Below, in pieces: positions 14,601 through 28,700 of a stretch of DNA of 64,000 nt. A model generated the notes under the pieces. It saw only the letters and a program-made list of their open reading frames with translations. It was not told where the DNA came from and made no database searches. A program made the position numbers and the translations under genes. Position 1 is the stretch's first letter, and each line of letters opens with the position of its first letter. The stretch covers positions 166,544 to 230,543 of the forward strand of contig NMRA01000643.1 in the NCBI GenBank assembly GCA_002633005.1, written 5' to 3'. This DNA is from Phoronis australis. Its lineage: Eukaryota; Animalia; Phoronida.

Positions 14601-15027
14601 CATTTCTGGTTAAATGAACAGATTTGAAGTATATTATTCAGAGCAAAGGTTTTCTCAAATGAAGTGCACTCCAACTTTTTTACTGACAATATAGTGTAAA
14701 TATTTGACTTTGGGAAGGAAACCTTTGCATTACCATGAGTCTTACGCATTATGTGCAGAATCGAATGATAAGATAATTAACATATTGTGTTTGGTACTCT
14801 AAACTAAATCAGTAGACGCCAGGGGTTTGTTAAAGAAAACGCGCTGCTGAAAAACATTTGTTAATAGCAAAGAATTTCAAATTCTGCTCGGCCTTTTCTT
14901 AAATATAAATGCATTAAACAAGAAAGTGCCTGACTAGATCTCATTTACACGGTACTAGTTGACATGGAACAACCTACTTGGAACAAACTGATGCCACTGT
15001 GACAACTTTTGTCACTCCTTTCTGAGG
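11253..15027. repeat. Near-identical ~1.9-kb direct duplication (11253-13127 and 13129-15027) split by an N; probable assembly artefact
   Basis: The copies differ by scattered SNPs and a few short indels, and their junction is exactly the N at 13128. Confidence 0.9.
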
Positions 15028-16347
15028 TAAGTTGATCCGGATCATCTTGAACCATGTCAACTATACAATATTTAATCACAAATCAGTAGTAAGGTGCAAA
15101 GGACCATCTCAATTGCATTTCCACCACTGCATACATACGTGAGGTTATTTTGGTGCCGTATCTAATAATTGCCATTCACTGTCTTGTCGTTTAAATTTAT
15201 TTTGTCTCTGAGTATGACGGTTACATCTGCTACAACCTGTTCAAATGACACAAGGAGCGGAAACAAGGATCCAGTATTGGCCATAATACTGAACAGTGAC
15301 ACAGATCAAGTCTTGCTGTAACAAAGTAGTTCTGTGTCAAACATTGATCGTGTAAAAGTGACGTCAGGTATGCCTGGTGTATATTGAAAATTTCAAAAAG
15401 TTAACCGACATGATTGAAGCCATACATAAGATACTGCTTTGATACTACTGAAATTAAAACACTAAAACATTAAAACACTGTGATGTCACTTGTTGTTTTG
15501 TTTGTGTTGCTTTTAACATGGTGATACATTTATTGTTTGTTTTTGCTAAAATGTCTTGCTTGTGACTTTGTGAAGGTTGGATTCTTTTGTAACATGATAT
15601 TTAACTAAACCAGCATTACAGGTTCAGAAGTCAACAGAATATGAATAATCAAAAAGTTGTATTCAGAGTAAAAGCATAAGGTACCATTGCCTAGTTATTA
15701 CTTGGTGAAGTAAATTATCTTTCTTGTCCATAGCAATGGTTTTGTTATTTATTTGTTTCATTTTGCACTCTACAGGTCTCATTTCTTATCTGATTTTCAT
15801 GAAATTTACGCACAATATGTGCCTTTCTAATATCTAGAGGCCTGTTGTTTTTGGTTGAATTTGGTTGCAAGATGTCATTGTGGTGGCCATCTTTCTTTTA
15901 TTTGACTGATGTCACTTTCTGGTGACCACTTGCAGAAACGTTACCATACAGCTGTTGATTTGCACTCCTACCCATGGAGTAGTTTAGATGCACAAATAAT
16001 TCACATCTGATCAATACAGCTCTGTTTGCTCTCAGTACCTTCCAGTTTCAGTTGTTATTGTTGCAAGACATCACTTTGTACTCTGCATGTTATGGAATAG
16101 AGAAGACAATACCCTGGTGGCTGGTCCATTCGTTATGTGTGTTTACACTTAAGGCTGTCAATAAAATCCATGTGATGCTTCGTATAACGAATAGGAAATG
16201 AATTGATCATTTGATGACTGAGAAATGAAATTGTCAACTGTGTTGATTCTTGTAACACTGCCATTTGGTAATTATTCTTCAGCTGTTGACTAAAGTTTTC
16301 ACCAACAGCGTGGCAATTTCTATTTTTCAAAAGCTTATTACATTGCT

Positions 16348-16600
16348 CAGCACTTGAAATTTTTCTCTTTTAAGAGGATTTCTCTTTTTTGGTTTGGGTT
16401 TCCCTTTATTTGATTTCTAGTTTCCTCCTTTTCATCTCTTTTTTTTAATCATTATTTTCTCTTTATTCATACAAAAACTTTTATTTCATTTAAATTTTAC
16501 GACACAAAAATATTTCTATCTTACAAGCCTATTTATTTGTGGAACGATAGATTATCTGGAAAATTTTCCGCTTTTTTGTCTTTGGTCATTCCAAGCCCTG
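16348..16600. mobile_element. hAT-like MITE, CAGGGCTTGGAAT family, degraded left end
   Basis: Ends cagcacttgaaat ... attccaagccctg; flanks attgct/atagct; body similar to the copy at 53246. Confidence 0.7.
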
Positions 16601-18619
16601 ATAGCTACAAAATATATGCTGAACGTTTCTCAGTACAGATTTTTGTCCTTTTACAAATTGATTTTTGAATTTTGTAATTGCAAATCGCATCACTTTTATT
16701 ATTGTCAAGTTTTTTTTACTTACATAGTCAAATGTCTAGCACTGATTTCACCTTTTTCAAGCTTGTTATTTAATTCCATTACTCTTTGCTTTGAGTCCAA
16801 TCTATGATGTGGAGATAAATGCACCAGCCTGAAAGCATCGTTCAAAACTTGTCAGTCTCAATTGGCCAAATGTCTCTTTGTTCTCTATGACATACGAGAA
16901 TTTATATTGAAAACCGTCTACTCGTTAACAAAAGTTGAATTTTTATGTATCCAGTGTATGCATAAGTGTTGGTAACCAAATGGGTAGTTTTCAAGAGTTC
17001 TCATAGAAATTGCTGACTTGTAATTGAAATTTTAATTTTGCTCATTTCTTAATAATGCTTTCATTTTTTTTAATAAAGTTCAACCTGATTACTACCTGGT
17101 TTATTCAATTTTACGTAGTGTTGCAGTCTTCGGTCCTTAGATATGGTACGTCTTCACCTGTTTAGCTCAAATATGGTTGACGAGTGAAATTTTATTTCGT
17201 CAAATTTCTTTTAAGATAGTGCTTAACAATATCTGTTACAAGCATGCTTTTACGGTGTAGATGTCTCAAAACAGTATTAGGTAAAATTTCCGTAGGTTGC
17301 AGCAAGGTAAACAGCCTTTGAAAAATGGAAAATTGCAAATTTTGGCAATTAATTTTGTGTGAACTAAGGTTAGAGTGGTTGTATTTCGATGCATATGTTT
17401 ACTGTGCATTATTCTTTTTTAGCCAAAAATAAACTTGTAGCTTACCTGCAATACTTTTCTGTCGATTAATGCACCCTTTTCTTCTCTCGTGTTCCTTTCA
17501 CATTTGCTGGCTGAGCCCAATTCACAGTGACTATTGGGATACTGGACAAGTCCATTGTGAATTAAGGGGAAGCACAGTTTTGCTTGGGTACTAAGCCTCG
17601 CTTATATTAATTGTCATTTAATTTTGTTCAATTTGTTCAATGTCGGATATTGAAAAATTACAGTAATCCTAGCTTTTATATGAACAATTTTGACCAGGGA
17701 AAAGTCTCTTGGGTGCAAAAATGATGCTAGTTATTGTCTTTGGTATTGTTATAACTTTTCATATCAATATTTTTAAATGGTTAAGTGTTAATCTCAGTCT
17801 AAAGTTCAGATGTTATACATACCAAGAAAGTTTAATAGCGTTTGGGTTTTAGTTTTTGTATTTCACCATCTGAATTAATTTTGGTTTTTGGTACCCAACT
17901 TTTTTCTCATTCTCTCACAAAGTTGAGAGTCTAAAACATCTACGCTCAACAAGAGTAATATCTACAAGTCGAAGTGTTCTGAGAGCACTACGCACAATGC
18001 AAGCGCCCCCTTTAGGCACACAGAGTCATCACACTCCAGCACTGACTAAACAAATTCCGAGATATTGGCTTTGATAACTCTTTATCACTGAACCTTCATA
18101 TCAAAGTCACTGCTGTTTTATAAACAAAAGACTCAATACTCTCTTTAACAATAATGCTACATCAACACAGCTACACATGTGGCCTTGATGTTTTTGTGTG
18201 AAGGTGCAGGAATGGACATTTTGAGGAGGCCCCATTCACAATCTAGTGTCTTGCAACAATGAAGTGACCATCGGTATCAATAGCTATGTTACCCAAGCTG
18301 AATAACATGTAAAACGTTCTTTCCTCATGCTCTCATGGTTTCTTACCAGTTAGGCTTAGTTTGTCTGGTAAAGTACAACTCTTAGTTTGTTGTGGAACCA
18401 TTTTTTGGTTGTATAGTTGGTGAAAGATGCCTGACTGAAGTTCAGCAGAACACCTGATGTTGTGTATATGTTGCATATTCATGAATATGAATGTAATCGG
18501 TAAAAGATTTGTCATTTTAATTATTGATGTTGTCACAATACATAAACATGAGTAAGAGCACATGTCATGATCCCATTCAGAATAAGGCACTGAAGGAGTG
18601 ACTATTTCATTACTCAACT

Positions 18620-18800
18620 CTGGCACTCTACCACTAGACTGGAGAAACACAAACTGCATGCTTGCGTTCATAAAGGGCAACTGGTCCCTTTCGAAAAACT
18701 ATAGACATTTTTGTCTACTTGGATACTATGTAAATTATTCAAGCATTTTTATGTAGTAAATTGACATATTTTATTTAATCTTACAACATTCTGAGTCTGT
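18620..18800 (+). pseudogene. Short degraded LINE reverse-transcriptase fragment (CR1/L2-like)
   Basis: Translates as PLDWRNTNCMLAFIKGNWSLSKNYRHFCLLWILCKLF, resembling the PxDWK...KG...NYRPISL...CK block. Confidence 0.55.
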
Positions 18801-19170
18801 AAGCATTATTTGCACTTGTTTTTCCTATGCGTCTTGCAATGACCAACGTATGAGACAGGTGTACAGGAAACACAACCAGCATCAGTGACAGCAAAACAAA
18901 GACTGGATTGGAGAAATACAGGACTGAGGGTAATGTCAATATAACAATCCTCATCAAGACACTTGCAAGGCACTTTCAGCGATATATTTTCTCGAATGGA
19001 ACTAAAATAATAAATTCAGAATTACATTCCAACCTCACGGACCACTAACTTCAGTGGCTGTCATTCGGAAAATACAAACAAAAAATCCATTGTGGGCATT
19101 TAGCTAAACATGGGCATTAAAATGGCTGAATTTGGTATTGCTTTTATGGTGTCGCCCATTTAAATGTTTT

Positions 19171-20784
19171 CTATATGGCTGTTGTCATCAGTTCCTTTAT
19201 TGCGCGATTCCAGTTGCTCAAAGACAATGTATGATTCGCGTGATGCCGACCTGCGTTCCTTGTATTGTGGTTTATCATGGCCTGTGCCATCCCTGGTTTA
19301 TCCTCTTTTAAACTTGACTTAGAAGAGGCATGCTGAAAACCCAAAAACTTTTCTGAATCTACGAGCTTCGGAACTTCGACTGGCGAATTTGTACCTGCTT
19401 GAAAGTCTGGATTGGCAACCTCATAGCCTGTGATTTCATTACTTGACACTTCTGATATACTTTCCTGAAAATCGGTCACATCTCGTGGATGAAATCTCAG
19501 TTGACTAATAGGCAAATAAATTGGCCTGCTGTTTCTCTGAGCTTTCATGTGCGTCAGAAGTGATGGTGCTGGCCCTTGAACGGAAGGAATGGACCTTGGG
19601 CTCTTGCAGTTTGGACTACCTCTAGTCTGCATGAATGGATGATGCGCTCTATATGTTTCCTCCATGCTGGTTGTTTCTGTTGCCAACAGTTTAGGCTGAG
19701 GGTTAAATGCGTAACTCGTAGGTGCATCTGGACTTTGTTTTCCAGTCGGCTGGATGCTAATTTCTTTTTTCTGTGCATTTCCTAGTTGCTGAGCGTAATC
19801 CGATTTTTGTGCTTTTGCCGACTGTATTGTTTTTGCTGGCTTTTGTGCTTTTCCTAACTTCTTTGCTTTTTCAAATGTCCTTTTTCTAGCGTTTTCCTTC
19901 AGCATCCTCAGACGAAATTGCAGCTCGGTGATTATATCCATTTTCCAGACACAGGCTAAAAATATGACAGCAGTTTTGGCAAACACACATATTTGGGCTG
20001 CAACGTGTACATTGGTGTCATTGGGATTTGTAAACTGCAGGAAATGCAGCACCATGTTCACAGTCATGGAGATGGAACACGCCGCATTGCGTATTGTATT
20101 CATGGTCTCGCCTTGACTCATTTGGTCTTGGTTCCTTGATGTTTTACTACGTAAACACGTGAACAGGGTCACAGAGCAGGTGGCGTACAGCAGGAAGTTA
20201 GCCAATACGAAACAACTGGATGGCACGACAAAGAAAATCAGCAGTCCTGATACCTTAGATATGAAGCAATAGCCGCCACCAATTCCTAAGCTGAAACCCA
20301 AAATTTCCTGCTCACTCTGTGTTGTGCTGATGAATGGCAACAAGAATATGGGCCAAACAAAAGCTAAAGGTATTATCCAACTGTAGAGCGTATAAGTGAT
20401 GTATTGTTTTTTATGTGACTTCATCCTCTGGATGTAGTGCGTGAGGTTCCACCAGTTGTCTATGGCACTCATCTTCAACCATGAGAATGCTGCCAACCAG
20501 AAATATTCAGTCAAGATGGCTCCCATCAAGCACAGCACTTTGCTACCTGTTAGTCTCAGAGTAAACATGGTGATAAGTTCTTGCATGGCGTGAGAAAGGC
20601 ACATGTTGATGACGCAGTATCCCCCGGTAGTGTGCAGGCGCGGAATCACGATGTAGACTAGAGCTGTGGCAATCAGAATGACAATACTGACCATGGTGAA
20701 TATTCCATCAAAATATTCCAGAGGCATGTCCAAGCTGTCCTGTGTTTGGTTCAAGGAATTTGTAAACTGGTGGACTGGTGTCAT
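19171..20784 (-). CDS. Class B2 (adhesion/Methuselah-like, 7tm_2) receptor without ectodomain, copy 1, 537 aa
   Basis: TM1 followed by VYIVIPRLHTTGG; TM3 C..GAILTEYFWLAAFSWLKMSAID; TM4 YTLYSWIIP; ECL2 YCFI; TM5 FFVVP...N. About 25-aa N-terminus and 250-aa tail. In-frame stop at 20803-20805, upstream of the ATG. Confidence 0.88.
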   Translation of the reverse strand: MTPVHQFTNSLNQTQDSLDMPLEYFDGIFTMVSIVILIATALVYIVIPRLHTTGGYCVINMCLSHAMQELITMFTLRLTGSKVLCLMGAILTEYFWLAAFSWLKMSAIDNWWNLTHYIQRMKSHKKQYITYTLYSWIIPLAFVWPIFLLPFISTTQSEQEILGFSLGIGGGYCFISKVSGLLIFFVVPSSCFVLANFLLYATCSVTLFTCLRSKTSRNQDQMSQGETMNTIRNAACSISMTVNMVLHFLQFTNPNDTNVHVAAQICVFAKTAVIFLACVWKMDIITELQFRLRMLKENARKRTFEKAKKLGKAQKPAKTIQSAKAQKSDYAQQLGNAQKKEISIQPTGKQSPDAPTSYAFNPQPKLLATETTSMEETYRAHHPFMQTRGSPNCKSPRSIPSVQGPAPSLLTHMKAQRNSRPIYLPISQLRFHPRDVTDFQESISEVSSNEITGYEVANPDFQAGTNSPVEVPKLVDSEKFLGFQHASSKSSLKEDKPGMAQAMINHNTRNAGRHHANHTLSLSNWNRAIKELMTTAI

Positions 20785-21280
20785 TTTTGTTATCTCTGCT
20801 GATCATGAATTGTCTACACTCCCTGACTGCTCAGTTTCTTCTGTTGTTACTGTTGTATTGCAAGCTTTCATGCCAACTTGCCAGATGTGTTATTGGCTGC
20901 ATATGGTGTACTACTCTGCATATATAAAATCTGTAGATAAAGGGAAAATGGTTTTGTTGAGAGGCACTCTTACGTAACCCCTGCATGATATAGTTGGCTA
21001 GTTATAAGGTTTTTTGTTCTGTGATTGTGTGAATTTCATTGAAGTGCCTAAAGGACAATATTATCTTTTTGAAAGCATTTTTGGTAAATTTGGCATGTTT
21101 CACATACTTTGAAAGGTGTTATGAACCTTTATAGTCAATTTCAGTTAAAATAAAATTGATGAAAATTACAATTCTTCAAGTCGTACAGTGCAAACACTGA
21201 GTGATTGTTTGGCTGAATAGCTGTTGTAGTTTTGTTATCTGTTTCTGGCATCATTGCTCAAGTCAAGATTTTAGTGACTG

Positions 21281-21742
21281 TCACTCTCATCTGGGTGAAA
21301 CGATCTGCACTCTCATCTGTGTGAAAGGGTCTGCACTCTCTGTGTGAATTGGTCTGCACTCTTATCTGTGTGAAACTGCACTCTCATCTGTGTGAAACGG
21401 TCTGCACTCTCATCTGTGTGAAACTGTCTGCACTCTCATCTGTATGAAACTGTTTGCACTCTCATTTGTGTGAAACGGTCTGCACTCTCATCTGTGTGAA
21501 ACAGTCTGCACTCTCATCTGTGTGAAACTGTCTGCACTCTCATCTGTGTGAAACTGTCTGCACTCTCATCTGTGTGAATTGGTCTGCACTATTATCTGTG
21601 TGAAACTGTCTGGCTTGCACTCTCATCTGTGTGAATTGGTCTGCACTTTTATCTGTGTGAAACTGTCTGCACTCTTATCTCTGTGAAACGGTCTGCACTC
21701 TCATTTGTGTGAAACGGCCTGCATTCACATCTGTGTGAAACA
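21281..21742. repeat. ~26-bp minisatellite (tgcactctcatctgtgtgaaac[g/t]gtc), roughly 17-18 units
   Basis: Head-to-tail units with no unique spacers. Confidence 0.95.
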
Positions 21743-24249
21743 GATTTCCCAGATAGTGGTCAATGTACCTGTAAATTGGGTCCAGAAGCATTATAACATA
21801 AGCAGTAATTTAATTGTGAAATAACTCAAATGGGTAATTTATTTTAAATCGTAATCTTATCGTCAATGAACCAAAATGCTGACTGATGTTACGATTTTGT
21901 AAGTTTTCATAACGGGGCGTGCAAGATGATTTCTATGAAGTCGTAATCAAAGCACCTACTAAACCAAGTTACGCTCCAAGCTGTCTGAAATGACGTTTGG
22001 AAAAATTGTTTAGCCATAGTTTTACATGCATCCTATATATTTTTAGAAAATTCCCATGGGTAAGTAATTACGTGTTAAGAATTGCATAGTGTAAGTGTAG
22101 TAAGGACTGAATAAAGTGGTGTTCATTGCCTAGCATTTAATTGCACTAAAGGTCGAAGTGGTATAATTGAGAATAGAACGTGAAATAAATGGGGATATAT
22201 AGGTGACTTGAAGCAAAGCTGCTGCCACTGATATGACTGGCGGACAAGCTCAGTCATGAATATTCATATAAAATTGATTTATCACCAGTTGTAGCGACTA
22301 TTGATGCAGATGTGGCACCTCTCCAAAACTTTCACTGGTAGTTTTTAATACTGTTTCTAATGGTGAATAATACTACCAGGAGATGAGAAGTAGACCAAGA
22401 AATGAGAATTTAAAAGATTATACAAAATTGTTGAAGTTCGAGTGCATGATTAATGACTGTACAAATTAGTTTGTCACTGGTTGGTGATCAGCCTGTGAGT
22501 TGTAATATTTTTATATCGTGATTTACAGTGAGATACCAAAATGATAGAACTATATACACGAGATGTGAACAGAGGATTTAGAAAATTAAAGAGAAAATTA
22601 AAGAAACATTGAAATAACAATGAGCACACTTTTTCGTGACCATGCATGTAAGCTGTATTGTGACTGGTTGGTAATCAACTGGTGTGTTACCATATCTTTT
22701 TTACTTGTTTCATGGTGATCATCTATCTCAAGTGAATGATAATCAGTCTATTGCTGTGTTCTGCAAATCAGCATTGCTATGGTGATCTTTCACTTATTTA
22801 CACACAATATGATGGACAAGTGACATTCTATATTGTCAATTTTTTCACAAGAATAAAATTTAAGAAAAGTTTAGTCTATTACTGGCAAGGTTTGTGCTGT
22901 GTAGAAAAACAAAATTTGTGACGTTTTCCATTATTTGAAGCAAAGTTATCGGGTCACAGTTATGAACTTGTTTTGTGCAAAGTATGTGGAAAATTTCTGT
23001 CATCTATAGACATTCCTAGATGTAATTATATTGTTACTCTCCAGTGTGGGACAATAAAAAATTATTTTCTTCATGGTCGGAGTGCACATCACGTTTTATA
23101 AAGACAAAATATTGGCCATCTCAAATTGAAGGAATATGATGTCACATACTCTAGGAATCATGAAAACGTGCTGGTGGCTATTTTCGACCAACTGCCAAGT
23201 CTTTCAAACAACGTTGAGTACAAAATGCAGCGTGTGATAATGTGATGACTGCCAAAATTGCCAATTTGTCCCAATCTTTAGAATCAAGAAAATACAATTT
23301 TGGTTGGAATTTTGGTGTCCTAAATTTAGAGAATTTTTAGCGTACTTGGTGACCTTCAAGTATTGATTCCTGATTTTTGTCATTTTTGAAATCCATACCA
23401 ACCTCTAGCCTATTTACATTGGCACAACATTTCGGTTGGTCATTTCTCCTGCCACCTGCAGGTGTTACGATTTTTAGAAGAACGAGCTTGAGTACATTGC
23501 ACTCATGGAGGGCACTTGGATTGTGTTTTTTCCTGGTGAGGACTCGGTGATCTAGTGGTTCAGACCCTGTCGTGCTCCAGACAAAAAATACAATCCATTT
23601 GTCCACCTTGAGTGCACCTGATACCAGTGCTTGTTCTGAGAATACTGTAACACCTGAAGATGGCTGGAGAATTGTCTATCTGAAACATTGTGCTGGAGGT
23701 TAGTGTAAATAGACCAACGTATTTTAGAAATAATGTTACTGCATTGCCCTGTTAAAGTGGTTTTAGGAAGTCCTCAATTTTTGGGAAAATACTGTGGAAG
23801 CTAAGCATTCTTCATATTTTAGGGCTTCTTACATTATTTGTTAATCCCCTTAAGATTTTAAAAAAATGATAAATTACAGTACAGACTTTTGAAACTAGCA
23901 AAGCATCTGAAAGAATGTGAATTAAACTTTTACGTGTTACCAGACTGTGTTGTTTCCTGAATTTGTGAGTTTTTACCACATACAACTAGTTATCACATAT
24001 TTCTTCACAATGAAGCTGACAGAATTTGAAGTGCCTGGCAAAAGGTAAAAGGTTAAAAGCAAGACTTTGTTATCATCATTTCAATGGAGGACTGAACTAA
24101 ATACAGAGTAAACAAAATTAAACATGTCAAATTTATAAATCTACTAATCCCTGGAAGTTCCATTGCACGGTATACTTATGATTTGTCATAGTTGTGCGTT
24201 TAGTTTCTAGTTCTTAATACCATATGCTCTGTTGAAAACAAAGTTCTAT

Positions 24250-25560
24250 TTATGTGGACATGAAAAAAGCTTTTGACTGGACAAACCATGAACTTTTGTT
24301 TTATAAATTACTGCAAAATAATATTAATGGTAGAATGTATGATACAATTTGTATGGTTTACAGAAGTCGGTTGAACTGTATACCATTAAATGGCACTCTG
24401 TATAGTGGTTGTTTCACTCCTGAAAGTGGTGTCCGTCAGGGGGACGTTTTATCACCGACACTCTTTGCCTTATGTATAACTAATTTAGCTCTGGAAATTA
24501 AACAATTGTGTAAAAGTGTCAAATGTGACCCAAACAATATTTCAGTTCTTCTTTATGCTGAGGGTATTGCACTTCTGTCTGAAAGTGAAAATGACATGCA
24601 AGATATGTTGAATGTTTGGTGTAAAAAGTGGAGAATGGTTGTTAACATGGCAAAAACGAACGTCCAGTTTTGAGCTAAGTCTATGCCTAGATGCAATTTT
24701 GAATTTATTTTAACAGTGTCATTAGTTATAAATCTTCCTACAAATATTTACGCTGTATTTTGGATCAACACCTTGACTTCAAAGAAAATTTGAATACGTT
24801 ATCTGAAGCTTCTTTCAGAGCGTCAGGGAAGATATGCTCAACATTCTGTGTTAACAAGAATCTAGGATTTTGAAACATTTAAAACATTTAATTCATGTGT
24901 GGCACCAATTTTGGATTACGGTTCATCTATTTGGGGTTACAAAAATTTTGGTAATGATGAAAATGTTCAAAGCAGAGCTATGCGTTTTTATCTAGAGGTC
25001 AATCGATTTATAACGACTCCTGCTGTTAGTGGTGACATGTGGTGGGACTTGACTGGAAACAGGTTTAAATTGAATATGTTGTGTCTTTAGAACAAAAGAG
25101 TGACCACAGATGGTGATAGGTTATTGAAAAAGGTATTTCTATGGAAGTACTATGTTGGTAGAAATGGTTGGATATATAGTATCAAAATTTTTTTAACATA
25201 ATTGGCATGCACTCCTGTTTTCAAAATTTGACTACTTGTATCATAGTAGATGCTAGAAACATACTATTTGAATACTCGAAACATGAGTCTGCTGTAACAA
25301 AACCCAAGTTAAGAACTTACATTTTATTTAAGCACGAGTTTTTAACTGAACCGTATGTGAAGCTTAATTTATCTCATTCTGAGCGATCTCTTTTGGCTCA
25401 ATTTAGAGCAGGAAATCTCCCATTCCACTTGGAAACTGGTTGCTATGTAAACACTCCTATAAGTGAAAGACTTTGCTTGTGTTGTGATTCTGGTTCTGTG
25501 GAGGATGAGCTACATTTTGTGTTTGATTGTTCTCTTTATAACTCACAGAAGTCTATTCTA
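24250..25560 (+). mobile_element. 5'-truncated degenerate LINE ORF2 (RT plus C-terminal CCHC; RTEX/L2-like)
   Basis: VDMKKAFD, GVRQGDVLSPTLF, LLYAEG (decayed YADD), PILDYGSSIWG, KLRTY, FRAGNLPFHLETG, CLCC...EDELHFVFDC; multiple stops and frameshifts. Confidence 0.9.
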
Positions 25561-25799
25561 TTTATTCTTCTTCCTTTATTTGTATACTTGGCCATCGGCC
25601 CAAAGTACAACAAACAAGCAAACACGATCGTTGGAGTGCTATGCACACTAGTCAGTAATTCACAAGCTGTTCCGTTTTTTAGATGGGTAGTATACATATT
25701 TCACAACTGGGGTATCAGGATTACATAATAGTCTATGAAATCTAAACAAAGAGGAACTTGTCCAGAGGCTCTCACTTATAAACTTAACTCTGAATTTGG

Positions 25800-28700
25800 A
25801 AAAAGCATCGCAAACTAACAAAAAGTGATACTCATCCTCAACTCAATTCCTCGAGCATAATGTACACAGTCTGTCTTGATATATCACATTTACGTGACGG
25901 CCAGTTTCTACTGCCAGTCTGTGGTTTGCACATCGAAAACGTGTAAAACTTTGCACGAACACTCTTTTAAGTTTTCAATATCTAAATAGTTTTCATGTTT
26001 AAATACAACCTTAAAATTTTTGTAATAGCTTAACTTGGAATTAGAATCAACATCGGACTGCAGTCTTTGCAAAGCACAGTCCTTAAACCCCCTTGCGAGA
26101 AAATATTTACAAACGACTCTTGACACGGGACTCCTTGGTTTACCTAAGCATCATAGAAACCATACATTCACTACAAATTGCGGACTGAGGTTGCCCAATT
26201 ATACATATGTCCACCATTTTCATCTAGTCTGTACAACATGTAAGGTGCTCTTGGATATTGTTCCTGTGGCATATTCAAAATTTTAAACCAGTGCTGCGTT
26301 CAGTAATGCTAGGACCTACGCTAGCTATAACCTAGACGAAGTCACGTGTTCTCATTTGAAACACATGGCAATATCCCACGTAATTTCGCGAAGTCTTGCT
26401 TTTTAGCGATGTCCTAGCGTTACGGGAGGCTGTATTTAATACAGCTAACAAAGTATCTCGTAAACATCGGGTATCTGCCACATTCACCCAACACTGCAGC
26501 GTTAGAGCAAGAACTGCCAAGTCCCAAGGTCCATTTACAAAATTTTAAAGGAATTTTTTCTAAACACTTGCATTCTTTAAAACCCCAAACCTCAACACCA
26601 TAACACAATGTTGGGTACACCAGTTTATCAAATAACTGAAAGGCAAGTGATGGGGGCTTATTGCGACATCTGCGCTATAGCTTCAAACCACGTGATGCAG
26701 CTTCTATTTCTTGACAAGAAAGCGTTTTTTGTTGCTTTCGACCATGACAATTTAGATATTTATAATGAGATACAGCATCAACTTGCTGTTTGTTAAAAAA
26801 AATTTCTCATAGTGTCTTAAGGGACCTCCATTTCTAAATACAATTATTTTGGTTTTCTTCAAATTCACAGCCATACCCCATGAACTACAATAATCATTGA
26901 GACAATTCAACATACGTTGCAAGTTAGACGCTGTTAGAGAGCACAAAAACGTGTCATCTGCATATAATAGTGAATTAATATTTGTAGCATGCTCATCTAA
27001 GCAGGTGCTATATATATCACAACGTGAATAGAGTTTTTCTAAAAACTCACTGAGATACAAAACAAATAGTAGAGGGCTTATCATACAGGAGGCAGTGTTG
27101 CCTGGTTGATAAGTGTCCGCTTTCTTTACTTGAGGTCGTGGGTTCGAGTCCCACCAGGTCACACTGCTAAACCCTTGAGCCAGGTTTCTAGCCCCTCAGC
27201 TCGGTTTTTAACCATATATTAATAAAGCAAAAAATATTTCCAGGTGATCAGTGCAATGGGCCCACATGCGAGGCCTGCTCACGTCTGGTACAACGTGTAT
27301 CAGACCGCCTGCAATTATTTTTTAAAATTATCATACAGCCTTGTCGAGTACCAATAGTGCAATTAAATAAGTCTGTTAAACCATCACGTGTTTAACACAT
27401 GATCTCAACTTGCTATACATTAATCGCAGAATTGATAACATATTACCGTGAACATTAATTTGCATAAGTAAAAGTAAAGTATGTGGTACTCGATCAAAAG
27501 CTTTTGAAAAGTCAATAAATGCACAATATAATCTGCCACCTAAATCGACTTAAGGATTCACATTTAGCATTTTTGGCAGATTCTAATTCTTTATCCCACT
27601 ACATGGGTTGATTTGGTTTCTTGCCTTTATTTTTTCCAGTTATCGCCTCATATTTATGATTTGAAAATGTCAATGATGTCTGAAAATATAGATCTGAGAT
27701 ACACTGAACCGCCTTATCTACATCATTTTGTGTTAAGTTCTCTTCTATTGTCATTGCGCACTCGTGTAATTCTACTGAAAACGCCTGCGAGTATTCAAAT
27801 GTTTTGGCACTATCCCACTTAATGCTATGATGCGGGCATAACACGTGTCTCATCACACGACCTAATCATTGGTTCTTCACGCGTAAAGCTACATATGATA
27901 GGCAAGTGATCTGATTTGTCCCAGACATCTACTTTAAAATCGTTTACAACTTCAAACATATCAGTAGATATAAGTAAATAATCAACTAAACTGCAGCCTC
28001 CTGAAGCAAAACATGTAAAATTACCACATGCGTCATCTGGAAACTGACCACTTACAATATGTACATTCACAACACATGTCAATGAGGGCGTTACCAGTAC
28101 CAATCGTGACAAGGTAAATATTTTGAATTGTCGTTCAAAATAAAGTCATCAAGAGAACCGGTTCGGGCACTTAAGTCACCCATTATGAATAAATAGCAAT
28201 CTTGGTGTTGATTGGCTAATTTTGAAATGCAGCATAGTTTCTTTCTGACATATTTTCATAAGAAACGGACCCTTCAGGGGGTAAATAGACCAAGCACATA
28301 ATAATGTCTTTCTCGACATTTTCCAAATTTTGGTCGCATTTAAAAACAATACCAAATGAGAACTGAACATTTATACGCTTGAGATAAGCTGATATTGAAT
28401 GCTTTATAAAGACATTAACACCACCCGAGTACCTGCCATATTTTTTGGTTTTCTTTTTACAGACACTAAACGACGGGTAACCCGACAAACTGAACTGTGA
28501 TGTTGTTTTCGCCCACGTTTCAGAAACGCATATAATATCATATTCAGATAAATATGCTTGAACGTCTTATTTACGAATTTTATTCGCAAGACCTTGCGCA
28601 TTCCAGCCGACCACTGAGAGTGGGCCGTGCCTAGCCGCTTACGTGTCGTCATTGAGCCGCCATTAGTGGGTCTTGAAGTTGAATCTGAAGAATACACAGC

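Noticed and set aside
11253-15027. 1.9-kb tandem duplication as a real biological event (including the twin 64-aa ORFs)
   Set aside because: The junction is exactly an N gap and the copies are near-identical, typical of overlapping contig ends. The ORFs have no recognisable motifs.
27089-27165. Genuine tRNA gene
   Set aside because: No clean cloverleaf. It is followed by an unrelated body and bounded by a TSD, so it is a SINE head.
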